Of a stretch of DNA of 23,415 nucleotides, positions 15,035-23,415 are shown in pieces. The DNA comes from Nitrospirota bacterium (GTDB lineage: Bacteria > Nitrospirota > Thermodesulfovibrionia > Thermodesulfovibrionales > Dissulfurispiraceae): positions 1-23,415 of the forward strand of contig JBFMCP010000042.1 in NCBI GenBank assembly GCA_040754455.1. Direction: 5' to 3'. A program made the translations under genes and the position numbers. Numbering within the stretch: position 1 is the first letter of the stretch; every line of letters begins with the position of its first letter. The notes under the pieces were generated by a model. That model did no database searches. It was given only the letters and a program-made list of their open reading frames with translations, and was not told where the DNA came from.

Positions 15035-16732
15035 TTACAATCTTCCCGACCGTATGATCGAAATGATCAGCCAGACGCCGAGGAAGAAGGCGAAGCCGAA
15101 GGCGGAGAGGGCGAGAAGAGAAACGCCCAAGATTTTGGGGCCGACACCGGCGGCGTGAAGGATAGCAGAGCTTAGAATCATAGAGCTCACGATCATGGCG
15201 AAGGCGACGCGGTTGCTCGCGCGGTCCATGTCCTTGATGAACTCGGGAAGATTGACATGGAACATCCTTACTTGGATATCGTCTTTCAGCGCCTTCTTGA
15301 TCAGGTGCTTCATCTGCCGAGGGAAGAGTGATACGAAATCGCTGATCTCCATAATGTTGTCTCTCGTCTTCTGATAAAACCGGGAGGGACTGACCCGCTC
15401 CTTGATCAGTTTGGAGGCATAGGGCTCTGCGGCTGCGACGAAATCGAAGCCGGGATCGAGCTGCCGCCCGATATTTTCGAGAATGAGCATGGCCTTGTTG
15501 ATCATCAGAAGCTCCGAGGGAATCTTGAGGTGGTGCTTGATCGCAAGGTGCGTCACAGTGTCCAGATATTCGGCGAAATTGATCTCCTGCAGGGTGAGCC
15601 CGTAGAGCGGTTCGAGGAAGTCGGTAAGGTCCGCTTTGAATTCCTTTCTGAAGGCATTGAGATCGATATGCTCGGGAACGAGACCGAGTTCTATGTATTG
15701 GTCGATGAGACGGTCGAAATCATGCTGGATGAGCGCAAGAAAGGTGTTCGCCATGGTCTCTTTGAGCTCATCCGACACCCTGCCGACAATGCCGAAGTCC
15801 AGAAAGGCGAGCGTCCCGTTCGGCATGACCAGGATATTCCCGGAATGCGGGTCGGCATGGAAAAAGCCGTCCTTGAGGATCTGCTTGAAGTACGCGTCTA
15901 CGCCGATCTTTGCGAGTTTCTTTCTGTCGAGCTCCATCCTGCTGATCGCTGCGATATCATCGATCCTGACGCCCTCGATCCGCTCCATGACCAGCACCTT
16001 TTCAGTAACGAGCTCGTTATATATTTTCGGAATATGGATATCGGGGTAGTCTTCGAAGTTTCTCTTGAACCGTGTGCAGTTCCTCGCCTCCTCCTCGAAG
16101 TCGAGCTCTCTCCGGATAGTCCTCGAGAACTCCTCGACAATGCCGATGGGATTGAAGAACCTGCTCTCCGATATATATTTGTCGAGAAGCCGGGCGAGCG
16201 TAAAGAGAATGGCGATATCGGCTTCGATATACTCCCTGATGCCGGGCCGCTGCACCTTGACGATGACGTCGGAGCCGTCGAGAAGTGTCGCACCATGCAC
16301 CTGGGCAATCGAGGCAGCCGCGATGGGCTCTTCATCAAAGCGCTTGAAGAGGTCGGAGAGGGGAAGCTTAAGCTCCATTTCGACAATCTGTTTCGCCTCG
16401 TGTGCAGGGAACGGGGGGACCTCGTCCTGGAGCTTCTTCAGCTCGTTTGCATACTGGATCGTGATCAGGTCGGGCCGCGACGAGAGCAGCTGCGCGAGCT
16501 TGATGAAGGTGGGACCGAGCTCGGCAAAGGCCATGCGCAGCCGTTCGGGGACCGTCGGGCCTTTGAGTGAGGGCCAGGAGCCGAAGGAGCGTATCCTCTT
16601 TTTGAAGGGGATATACCTGCCGAGATTGATCTGCTCGATGATCTGGCCGAAACCGTACTTGAGGAATACGTTGATAATCTGCTGGAGGCGTCGGGCAGAT
16701 TTATAGGTACGGTTGAGCTTAAAAATATCCAC
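15035..16732 (-). CDS. ubiB: UbiB/AarF/ABC1 family atypical kinase with C-terminal TM helices
   Basis: ELGPTFIKLAQLLSSRPDL, AAASIAQVH, VKVQRP, FFHADPHSGN, FLDFGIVG and two C-terminal hydrophobic helices. GTG start. Confidence 0.92.
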   Translation of the reverse strand: MDIFKLNRTYKSARRLQQIINVFLKYGFGQIIEQINLGRYIPFKKRIRSFGSWPSLKGPTVPERLRMAFAELGPTFIKLAQLLSSRPDLITIQYANELKKLQDEVPPFPAHEAKQIVEMELKLPLSDLFKRFDEEPIAAASIAQVHGATLLDGSDVIVKVQRPGIREYIEADIAILFTLARLLDKYISESRFFNPIGIVEEFSRTIRRELDFEEEARNCTRFKRNFEDYPDIHIPKIYNELVTEKVLVMERIEGVRIDDIAAISRMELDRKKLAKIGVDAYFKQILKDGFFHADPHSGNILVMPNGTLAFLDFGIVGRVSDELKETMANTFLALIQHDFDRLIDQYIELGLVPEHIDLNAFRKEFKADLTDFLEPLYGLTLQEINFAEYLDTVTHLAIKHHLKIPSELLMINKAMLILENIGRQLDPGFDFVAAAEPYASKLIKERVSPSRFYQKTRDNIMEISDFVSLFPRQMKHLIKKALKDDIQVRMFHVNLPEFIKDMDRASNRVAFAMIVSSMILSSAILHAAGVGPKILGVSLLALSAFGFAFFLGVWLIISIIRSGRL

Positions 16733-16792
16733 AATAAAAAAGTTATAGCGTTATCGGAATTCTTATACAGAACGCGATAGACGCTCCACCCG

Positions 16793-17119
16793 TTACTCCT
16801 CTTTCCCCGTGTCTTCGACCGTCCCTTCGAGCTTCTTGACCCGTGCGGAAAGGTTCTGTACTTTCTTGTTGAGCTTGTCGAAATCGTCCTTGGTCGGGAT
16901 ATTCATTTTCTCCATGGTCTTGGTGATGACGTCCGAGATGCTCTTGCTCCAGTCGGTGGTGCTCTTCTCCGCCTTCTCGGACCATTCCTTCACCAGCTTT
17001 GCGCCCTGGGACTCGCTCAGCTCACCCTTTTTTACCAGGTCATCAATGAATTCCTTGACTTTTTCCTGAACCCCGAAGCCTGCAAGAACCGCATTCCGTA
17101 CGATGTCGAATACTGTCAT
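16793..17119 (-). CDS. Small coiled-coil phasin-like protein (commonly found upstream of ubiB)
   Basis: 'LAGFG...EKVKEFIDDLVKKGELSE..GAKLV...MNIPTKDDF..L..KV..L..RVKKLE' pattern. GGAGG RBS. Confidence 0.75.
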   Translation of the reverse strand: MTVFDIVRNAVLAGFGVQEKVKEFIDDLVKKGELSESQGAKLVKEWSEKAEKSTTDWSKSISDVITKTMEKMNIPTKDDFDKLNKKVQNLSARVKKLEGTVEDTGKEE

Positions 17120-17146
17120 GGAACACCTCCGTTTGAAAGGAAGAAC

Positions 17147-17224
17147 TCAGGAGCCAGTAGTCAGAATTCAGAAGAATGAGTCTTGAAATCGTTTTTATTC
17201 TGACTTATGGATTCTGTCTCCTGA
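17147..17224. repeat. Intergenic heptamer (TCAGAAN / NTTCTGA-type) inverted tandem repeat
   Basis: Left arm TCAGGAG CCAGTAG TCAGAAT TCAGAAG (17147-17174). Right arm ATTCTGA CTTATGG ATTCTGT CTCCTGA (17197-17224), abutting the alaS stop. Confidence 0.8.
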
Positions 17225-19861
17225 CTACTTCTTATTTTTCACTATATCATATACAGACGCAAGGGCTTTGTCTAGTTTTGCCGGCTCGTCCAGGTTTGCC
17301 ACGCCGCCCTGGGCCATTTCAGGCTTGCCGCCGCCCCTGCCGCCGACCTGTGCAGCGACCTCCTTTAAGAGCTCACCGGCACTGAATCTCTCCGTAAGGT
17401 CGGCAGTCACCATAGCGAGGAGCGCGGTCTGGCCGTCCTTGCCTGAGGCGAGGACAATGACACCCGAGCCGATCCTGTCCCGCACATTATCGGCGAAGAT
17501 CCGGAGGTCTTTCTGTTCCATGCCGTCGACGCGGCAGGAGAGGACCTTGACACCGTTTATCTCTCTGACTTTTTCCATGACCATTGAAGAGCTCTGCGAT
17601 GCCGCCTTTGCCTTCAGAGACTCGACCTCTTTGTCACGTTCCTTGAGCTCGGCGAGCAGCCGCTCCACTCTCTCGTACGGCCTGTCGGTCCTGAGGAGAT
17701 CGGCAATGCTCCGGAGTTCGTTGCTCTTCTGCCGCAGATAGTCGAACGCAGCCTTACCGGTGAACGCCTCGATCCTCCTGATGCCGGAGGCGACGCTCCC
17801 TTCGGAAACAATGGTGAAAAGCCCGATATCGCCGGTGGTCCTGCAGTGCGTCCCGCCGCAGAGCTCGGCGCTGTAGCCAGGAACACTCACGACCCTCACC
17901 TTTTCGCCATACTTCTCTCCGAAGAGCGCAGTGACCCCGGACTTCAATGCGTCCTTTATGTCTTTAACCTCGGTTACGACGCCGATATTTTCGAGGATCT
18001 TCTCATTGACCATGGTCTCGATCGCCTCGATCTCGTTCCTCTCGAGCCCGTAGAAATGGGTAAAGTCAAAGCGCAATCTCTCTGGCGACACATAGGAGCC
18101 CGCCTGTTTGACATGCTCTCCGAGCACCGACTTCAATGCCGTATGGAGCAGATGGGTTGCCGTATGGTTCCGCGCTGTTGCCATACGCTGGTTCCTGTCA
18201 ACAGCAGCAGTTACCTTGTCCCAGACCTTGAGTGTCCCTTTTTTAATCTTGACCACATGGGCATGAAGATCAACCTCTTTTTTGGTATCGACAACATCGG
18301 CCTCGAATCCATCGTTATATATCGTACCCTTGTCACCAACCTGACCGCCCGACTCTCCGTAAAAAGGCGTTGTATCGAGAAACACTTCTACCTCATCTCC
18401 TGTAGATGCCTCGGTAACGATCTTGCCCTCTTTGAGCATTGCCTTGACCACTGCTGCGGTCTCGATTGCGTCATATCCGACAAAGGTTGTTGCGCCGATC
18501 TCGGATAAAAGCTCTTTATAGATAGAGGCAATGGCTTCCTCCTCGCCGACCCACGATGCCCGCGCCCGCTCCCGCTGCACCTCCATCTCACGATGGAAGC
18601 CATCTTCGTCGATGAGCAGATAATTGTCTATGGCGATATCGCGCGCGAGGTCCAGAGGAAATCCATACGTATCGTAGAGTTTGAACAGCTCATCGCCGGG
18701 GATCGTCCTCTCACCGGACTTCTTCAGTTTGGCGATAACGTCATCAAGAATCCTCATGCCCTGCTCAAGGGTCTTGGTAAAACGTTCCTCTTCGAACCGC
18801 AGGACCTTTGCGGTCCGCTCACGCTCCCGGGCCAGTTCAGGATAGACAGCTCCCATCGCATCGATCACGGAATCCAGTAAATTGTACAGGACCGCTCCTT
18901 CGAGGCCGAGCAGCTTTGCATGCCGTGAGGCCCTCCGGATAATCCGCCGCAGCACGTATCCCCTCCCCTCATTCGAAGGCATGAGGCCATCGGAAAGCAG
19001 AAACGCAGCTGCTCTCATATGGTCGGCAATCACCCGCATCGACGTGTCATGTTCGCGGGAGCGTCCGTACGTCTTTCCGGATACCTGTTCGACGGCAGCG
19101 ATGATCGGCGCAAAAAGATCGGTATCGAAATTATTCAGCTTGCCCTGGAGTACAGCACAGAGACGCTCAAGGCCCATGCCTGTATCGATGCTCGGTTTCG
19201 GCAATGGGGTGAGCGTGCCTGACTCGTCGCGGTTGAATTGCATAAAGACGAGGTTCCATATTTCAAGATAGCGGTCGCAGTCGCAGCCGACCTTGCAGTC
19301 GGGCTGCCCGCAGCCGACCTCTTCGCCCTGGTCGATAATAATCTCGGAACAGGGCCCGCAGGGGCCGGTGTCTCCCATCTGCCAGAAATTATCCTTTGCG
19401 CCGAGTCTGACGATCCTATCGCCGGGAATGCCGGTGAGCTCTTTCCAGAGATTCTCGGCCTCGTCATCATCCTGGTAGACCGTTGCCCAGAGCTTGTCCT
19501 TCGGCAGTTTATAGACCCCGGTAAGAAGCTCCCAGGCAAAGAGGATTGCATCTTTTTTAAAGTAATCACCAAAAGAAAAGTTGCCGAGCATCTCGAAAAA
19601 GGTGTGATGCCGGGCAGTATGTCCGACGTTTTCGAGGTCATTGTGCTTGCCGCCCGCCCTCATGCATTTCTGGCAGGTCGTCGCCCTGGTATAGGGCCGC
19701 TTCTCCTCGCCGAGGAAGACAGACTTGAACTGCACCATACCTGCATTGGTAAAGAGCAGCGTCGGATCGTTCCGCGGGATGAGGGATGAGCTGCTTACAA
19801 TGCTGTGCTGCTTCGATTTAAAAAACTCCAGAAACGAATTCCTGACATCGGCGCTCTTCAT
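17225..19861 (-). CDS. alaS: Alanine--tRNA ligase
   Basis: DPTLLFTNAGM, RHHTFFEMLGNFSFGDYFK, GPCGPCSEI, IDTGMGLER, editing-site HTATH...ELCGGTH and C-terminal GGRGGGKPEMAQGG. Confidence 0.99.
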   Translation of the reverse strand: MKSADVRNSFLEFFKSKQHSIVSSSSLIPRNDPTLLFTNAGMVQFKSVFLGEEKRPYTRATTCQKCMRAGGKHNDLENVGHTARHHTFFEMLGNFSFGDYFKKDAILFAWELLTGVYKLPKDKLWATVYQDDDEAENLWKELTGIPGDRIVRLGAKDNFWQMGDTGPCGPCSEIIIDQGEEVGCGQPDCKVGCDCDRYLEIWNLVFMQFNRDESGTLTPLPKPSIDTGMGLERLCAVLQGKLNNFDTDLFAPIIAAVEQVSGKTYGRSREHDTSMRVIADHMRAAAFLLSDGLMPSNEGRGYVLRRIIRRASRHAKLLGLEGAVLYNLLDSVIDAMGAVYPELARERERTAKVLRFEEERFTKTLEQGMRILDDVIAKLKKSGERTIPGDELFKLYDTYGFPLDLARDIAIDNYLLIDEDGFHREMEVQRERARASWVGEEEAIASIYKELLSEIGATTFVGYDAIETAAVVKAMLKEGKIVTEASTGDEVEVFLDTTPFYGESGGQVGDKGTIYNDGFEADVVDTKKEVDLHAHVVKIKKGTLKVWDKVTAAVDRNQRMATARNHTATHLLHTALKSVLGEHVKQAGSYVSPERLRFDFTHFYGLERNEIEAIETMVNEKILENIGVVTEVKDIKDALKSGVTALFGEKYGEKVRVVSVPGYSAELCGGTHCRTTGDIGLFTIVSEGSVASGIRRIEAFTGKAAFDYLRQKSNELRSIADLLRTDRPYERVERLLAELKERDKEVESLKAKAASQSSSMVMEKVREINGVKVLSCRVDGMEQKDLRIFADNVRDRIGSGVIVLASGKDGQTALLAMVTADLTERFSAGELLKEVAAQVGGRGGGKPEMAQGGVANLDEPAKLDKALASVYDIVKNKK

Positions 19862-19866
19862 ATATA

Positions 19867-20205
19867 CTACTTCAACCTTCCCGGCTCAGAGCTGATGATG
19901 TACACCAGCTTTCCATCGATAAAGGTGAGCCTGGTCTTGAATACTCCCATGGAGGAATAGATCCATTCCTCTTTCTGCTTACCAGCCTCAGGCTCGAGCA
20001 TACGCACCGCGTTCGGGGCACCCCAGGCGTACCGCACCTGCTGCTGCGTCATGCCGGGGACAATCTCTCCCTTGATGATCTTTTCCTGGATCTCGACCGG
20101 ATAGTTTTTTATTTCGTCATGGGTGTACCGTGCATACGATGCGCACCCTATGAAAAACATCATTCCGACAAACAAAACACCCCCTACCGTCTTCCTGATT
20201 CTCAT
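19867..20205 (-). CDS. Small lipoprotein, SmpA/BamE-like domain
   Basis: Basic N-terminus, hydrophobic stretch and lipobox FIG-C. 'GMTQQQVRYAWGAP...EEWIY' is typical of the BamE/SmpA-like fold. Start overlaps the recX stop. Confidence 0.7.
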   Translation of the reverse strand: MRIRKTVGGVLFVGMMFFIGCASYARYTHDEIKNYPVEIQEKIIKGEIVPGMTQQQVRYAWGAPNAVRMLEPEAGKQKEEWIYSSMGVFKTRLTFIDGKLVYIISSEPGRLK

Positions 20206-20720
20206 TGCTGCTCCTCCTTTATATCAAATGATTTCATTGCCGCCCGTATATTTTCGACTGAAAACCCTCGCCGTGCCAGGAGCCCCCAGAGTCGACGCTT
20301 TATCGTCTCCTCATCGAACTGTTTCAGGTGTCGCAGCTTTTTCTCGATGAGCTGACGCGCTGCATCAACGTACGCCGCTTCGTCCTCATCGTCCGAAAGC
20401 GTATCGGCAACCTCTCCGGTGAGCCCCCGCTTCAAAAGCAAGCCCCTGACACCACGCTTGCCGAGATGCCGCCGCTCCACCGCATCCCGCCTCAGGGCTG
20501 CGGCGAGCTTCCGGTCGTTTATGAATCCCTTCTCTTTAAAAAAGTCGATCGTCTTATTTATTGTGCCGTTGGAGAATCCTTTCCGTGCCAGTTTCTCCTG
20601 CAGCTCCTTCTCGCTCCGGTCGCGATACCCGAGGAGCTTGAAGGCATATTTTACTGCATTGTCGAAGGCATCTTCAAAGTTTTTCGGCAGAGTCTTTGTT
20701 CTTTTGCTCTCTAATGTCAT
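20202..20720 (-). CDS. recX: Regulatory protein RecX
   Basis: 'AFKLLGYRDRSEKEL..KL..KGF', 'FINDRK.A' and 'L.RRGFS'. Directly downstream of recA. Confidence 0.92.
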   Translation of the reverse strand: MTLESKRTKTLPKNFEDAFDNAVKYAFKLLGYRDRSEKELQEKLARKGFSNGTINKTIDFFKEKGFINDRKLAAALRRDAVERRHLGKRGVRGLLLKRGLTGEVADTLSDDEDEAAYVDAARQLIEKKLRHLKQFDEETIKRRLWGLLARRGFSVENIRAAMKSFDIKEEQQ

Positions 20721-20753
20721 TTATAACTCAAGCAACGGTTACTCGAAATTTAC

Positions 20754-21782
20754 TTACTTCCCGTTGTTCCGGGCCTCTTCTTTCGTTTCAGCCGTCAAGC
20801 CGTATGCTTCTCGGATCTTCTGTCCGATCTCTTCGGCAACAGCAGGGTTGTTCTTCAGGTACTCTCTGACATTGTCCCTGCCCTGCCCTATTCTCGTACC
20901 GTTGTAGCTGTACCAGGCGCCCGCCTTTTCAATAATGCCCTTCTCGGCGCCGAGGTCAATGATCTCCCCGGTCTTCGAGATGCCCTCATTGAAGAGGATA
21001 TCGAACTCCGCCTGCCTGAAGGGCGGCGCAACCTTGTTCTTTACCACCTTCACTCTTACCCGTCCGCCGATGACCTCCTGCCCGTCCTTGAGGTTGTCGA
21101 TCTTCCGGATATCGAGCCTCATGGATGCATAGAACTTCAGGGCATTACCGCCGGTCGTGGTCTCGGGGTTGCCGAACATCACGCCGATCTTCATACGGAT
21201 CTGGTTGATGAAAATGATGGTGGTCAGCGACTTCGATATGGCTGCGGTAAGTTTCCTCATTGCCTGGCTCATAAGCCGTGCCTGAAGTCCCGGCAGCGAA
21301 TCGCCCATATCGCCCTCGATCTCCGCTTTGGGTACCAGCGCAGCAACAGAGTCGACGACAACGATATCGACAGCGCCGCTCCTGACCAGTGTCTCGGCAA
21401 CTTCAAGCGCCTGCTCGCCGGTATCAGGCTGCGAGACCAGCAGGTCTTCGATATTCACACCGAGCCGGGCAGCATAGTTCACGTCCAGGGCATGCTCTGC
21501 ATCGATGAATGCAGCGACACCGCCCATCTTCTGCGCCTGTGCAATGGCATTCAATGCGAGAGTCGTCTTGCCCGATGATTCAGGGCCGTAGATTTCGATG
21601 ACCCTTCCTCTCGGAAAGCCGCCGATGCCGGTAGCAATGTCGAGCGAGATGGAGCCTGTCGGAATCGCCTGCACGCCCTCGGCGACCTCTGCGGCGCCGA
21701 GACGCATGATGGCGCCCTTTCCAAAGTTCTTTTCGATCTGGGAAATGGCCACTTCCAGGGCCTTGATCTTATCCTTGTTCAT
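20754..21782 (-). CDS. recA: Recombinase RecA
   Basis: GPESSGKTT Walker [36 protein letters not shown] and KNKVAPPF. Confidence 0.99.
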   Translation of the reverse strand: MNKDKIKALEVAISQIEKNFGKGAIMRLGAAEVAEGVQAIPTGSISLDIATGIGGFPRGRVIEIYGPESSGKTTLALNAIAQAQKMGGVAAFIDAEHALDVNYAARLGVNIEDLLVSQPDTGEQALEVAETLVRSGAVDIVVVDSVAALVPKAEIEGDMGDSLPGLQARLMSQAMRKLTAAISKSLTTIIFINQIRMKIGVMFGNPETTTGGNALKFYASMRLDIRKIDNLKDGQEVIGGRVRVKVVKNKVAPPFRQAEFDILFNEGISKTGEIIDLGAEKGIIEKAGAWYSYNGTRIGQGRDNVREYLKNNPAVAEEIGQKIREAYGLTAETKEEARNNGK

Positions 21783-21821
21783 TAAGGTGCCTCCTTTTTA
21801 TCCCCCCCTCAGGGGACTTCC

Positions 21822-22382
21822 TTAGTTGTCTGTTAAAGCAAAACAGGCGAGCCTGGAATATTCCGCGCCGCCCGGTTTCAGTACGCTCTTCATGAGCAGG
21901 ATTGCTCCGACATCTATAGTACCAAAAACTGTATCCTTAAAGGTATATAACTCTTTGATTACCGGCCCTATATTTTTCCTGTCCTTCACCCTCCCTATGG
22001 TGAGATGGGGAGAAAACTGCCGCTCCTCCTTTTCGAACCCGAGCGCAGCCATGGACAGATCAACAGCACGGGCGAGCTGCTCGAGTTCCCCGGATGCATC
22101 GAGTCCCACCCATATGGTAGCGGGGTGCTTGAGGCTGGGGAATGCGCCTATGCCGGACGCAGTAATTGAGAACGGCTTAAAGCCCGCGCATACCGAGGAG
22201 AGGCTCTTTTCAATAGCCGGAATGGTCTCCTCCTGTACCTCGCCGAGAAATTTCAGGGTAAGATGCACGTTCTGCACCGGGACCCAACGGATATCCTTTG
22301 ATGAACCTTTTACCCGATTGATGACCTCGCCGAGAGATCGTTTAACGGTTTCCGGCATATCGATGGCAATAAAGCATCTCAT
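21822..22382 (-). CDS. thpR: RNA 2',3'-cyclic phosphodiesterase (2H family, LigT/ThpR)
   Basis: MRCFIAI start overlapping the pgpA stop (ATGA), two HxT motifs (HLTLKFLGE and FSPHLTIGR), and S.L...GAEY. Confidence 0.93.
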   Translation of the reverse strand: MRCFIAIDMPETVKRSLGEVINRVKGSSKDIRWVPVQNVHLTLKFLGEVQEETIPAIEKSLSSVCAGFKPFSITASGIGAFPSLKHPATIWVGLDASGELEQLARAVDLSMAALGFEKEERQFSPHLTIGRVKDRKNIGPVIKELYTFKDTVFGTIDVGAILLMKSVLKPGGAEYSRLACFALTDN

Positions 22383-22837
22383 ACAGCAACCCTCCACACG
22401 TGGAGCACGACGTTAGTGAACACACCGGCGACTGCATCGTCGATCATAACTCCCCAACCGCCGCGTACCGCCCGCTCGATGTTCCTGATCGGCGGCGGCT
22501 TCAGGATGTCGAATATCCTGAAGAGCACAAAGGCTGCCACAAGGTAGCCGACCGTAACCGGCAGGTACAACATCGAGATGAAATAGCCGATGAGCTCGTC
22601 GATAACGATATGCCTGCTGTCCTCCTCACCGAAGATTTCCCCGGCCTCCCGGGCGCTGATAACTCCTGCCATGAATCCGACGATAATCGTGATCAGCAGA
22701 AGAGGAGTGTCGGGCTTGACCAACCAGAGATACGCCACTCCTGCAAGGCTTCCAAAGGTCCCCGGGGCAAAGGGAATAAAACCAATGAAGAGTACCGTGG
22801 CAATAGCCTTTGAAACAAATAGATGTAGAAACTTCAT
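22379..22837 (-). CDS. pgpA: Phosphatidylglycerophosphatase A
   Basis: APGTFGSL, D...IVIDE..G, FRIFDILKPPPI and GVMIDD.VAG. The start at ATG 22837 is uncertain. Confidence 0.92.
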   Translation of the reverse strand: MKFLHLFVSKAIATVLFIGFIPFAPGTFGSLAGVAYLWLVKPDTPLLLITIIVGFMAGVISAREAGEIFGEEDSRHIVIDELIGYFISMLYLPVTVGYLVAAFVLFRIFDILKPPPIRNIERAVRGGWGVMIDDAVAGVFTNVVLHVWRVAV

Positions 22838-22930
22838 CGAGTAGTAGTTTAACACAAAACCGCTCTATTTTTCAGATATTTATCTGGATCAACCATTTAC
22901 GAAAACGCCCTTTTTCTGTTATGGTACAGG

Positions 22931-23415
22931 ATGCAGGAAGAGCTCCTCGAAATTGTTGATAAAGAAGGTAATGTCCTGGGCGTTGCTCCCCGATCTGCCA
23001 TTCACGGAAATCCCGATCTGCTGCATAAGGTCGTCCATGTGCTCGTCTTCAATGATAGAGGTGAGCTCCTCTTGCAGAAGCGCTCGATGAGCAAAGATGT
23101 GGCGCCCGGTAAATGGGATACCTCTGTGGGCGGTCATGTTGCCCCCGCTGAAGAACTGACCGTTTCCGCTCAACGGGAGATGGAAGAGGAGCTGGGTATT
23201 GCCGTCGGAGAGCTGGCCTTCCTTTATTCCTATATTCATTCGAATGCCTACGAAAGCGAGCTGGTCTTTACCCACTCCTGTATTCACAACGGGCCCTTTT
23301 CGTTCAATGCGGAAGAGATCGACGAGGTAAGGTTCTGGAGCATCGATGAGATCAAAAACGCCATCGGCTCAGGAACACTGAGCGACAACTTCGAATCGGA
23401 GATCATGAAGTATCT
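22931..23415 (+). CDS. Nudix hydrolase, isopentenyl-diphosphate isomerase/YfcD-like (3' end runs off the window)
   Basis: Manual translation: MQEELLEIVDKEGNVLGVAPRSAIHGNPDLLHKVVHVLVFNDRGELLLQKRSMSKDVAPGKWDTSVGGHVAPAEELTVSAQREMEEELGI... with a Nudix box REMEEELG. Not in the ORF track because it has no stop within the window. Confidence 0.88.
   Translation, partial: MQEELLEIVDKEGNVLGVAPRSAIHGNPDLLHKVVHVLVFNDRGELLLQKRSMSKDVAPGKWDTSVGGHVAPAEELTVSAQREMEEELGIAVGELAFLYSYIHSNAYESELVFTHSCIHNGPFSFNAEEIDEVRFWSIDEIKNAIGSGTLSDNFESEIMKY

Noticed and set aside
12483..16706. Long plus-strand ORFs (12483-13583, 13537-14232, 15530-16570, 16065-16706)
   Set aside because: They are antisense to cydB, cydA and ubiB. 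Such open frames are expected from GC-rich codon bias, and they lack motifs.
22919..23287. 122-aa minus-strand ORF
   Set aside because: The plus strand encodes a clear Nudix hydrolase over the same interval.
22931..23415. Nudix gene as an RppH partner of the DapF-like protein
   Set aside because: It is 15 kb away and looks IDI/YfcD-like rather than RppH-like. There is no evidence of a link.

Overview
Mostly core and energy-metabolism chromosome from an anaerobic or microaerotolerant bacterium. Gene order and protein style suggest Nitrospirota or a Deltaproteobacteria-like lineage; this is inference only. Left to right: a partial radical SAM gene (minus strand, missed by the ORF track), ybaK, a CBS-pair protein, and a three-gene cytoplasmic NAD(P)-linked formate dehydrogenase (NuoE-like, NuoF/HydB-like, FdhF-like). 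The FDH catalytic subunit is one selenoprotein gene (in-frame UGA at 5296-5298 plus a SECIS hairpin) that the ORF track splits in two. Next come a convergent DapF-fold protein with a remodelled active site fused to a C-terminal PilZ domain, then hpt-queD-pmbA-acyl-CoA dehydrogenase. On the minus strand are cydA-cydB-rrf2 with a candidate operator, a phasin-like gene with ubiB, and pgpA-thpR-recA-recX-lipoprotein-alaS. A partial Nudix hydrolase ends the window. The most unusual items are (i) the DapF-like/PilZ fusion, (ii) the Sec-FDH with electron-bifurcation signatures, and (iii) five intergenic elements of degenerate 7-8 nt tandem units, four of them arranged as inverted arms. I saw no mobile elements, CRISPR arrays, tRNA or rRNA genes.
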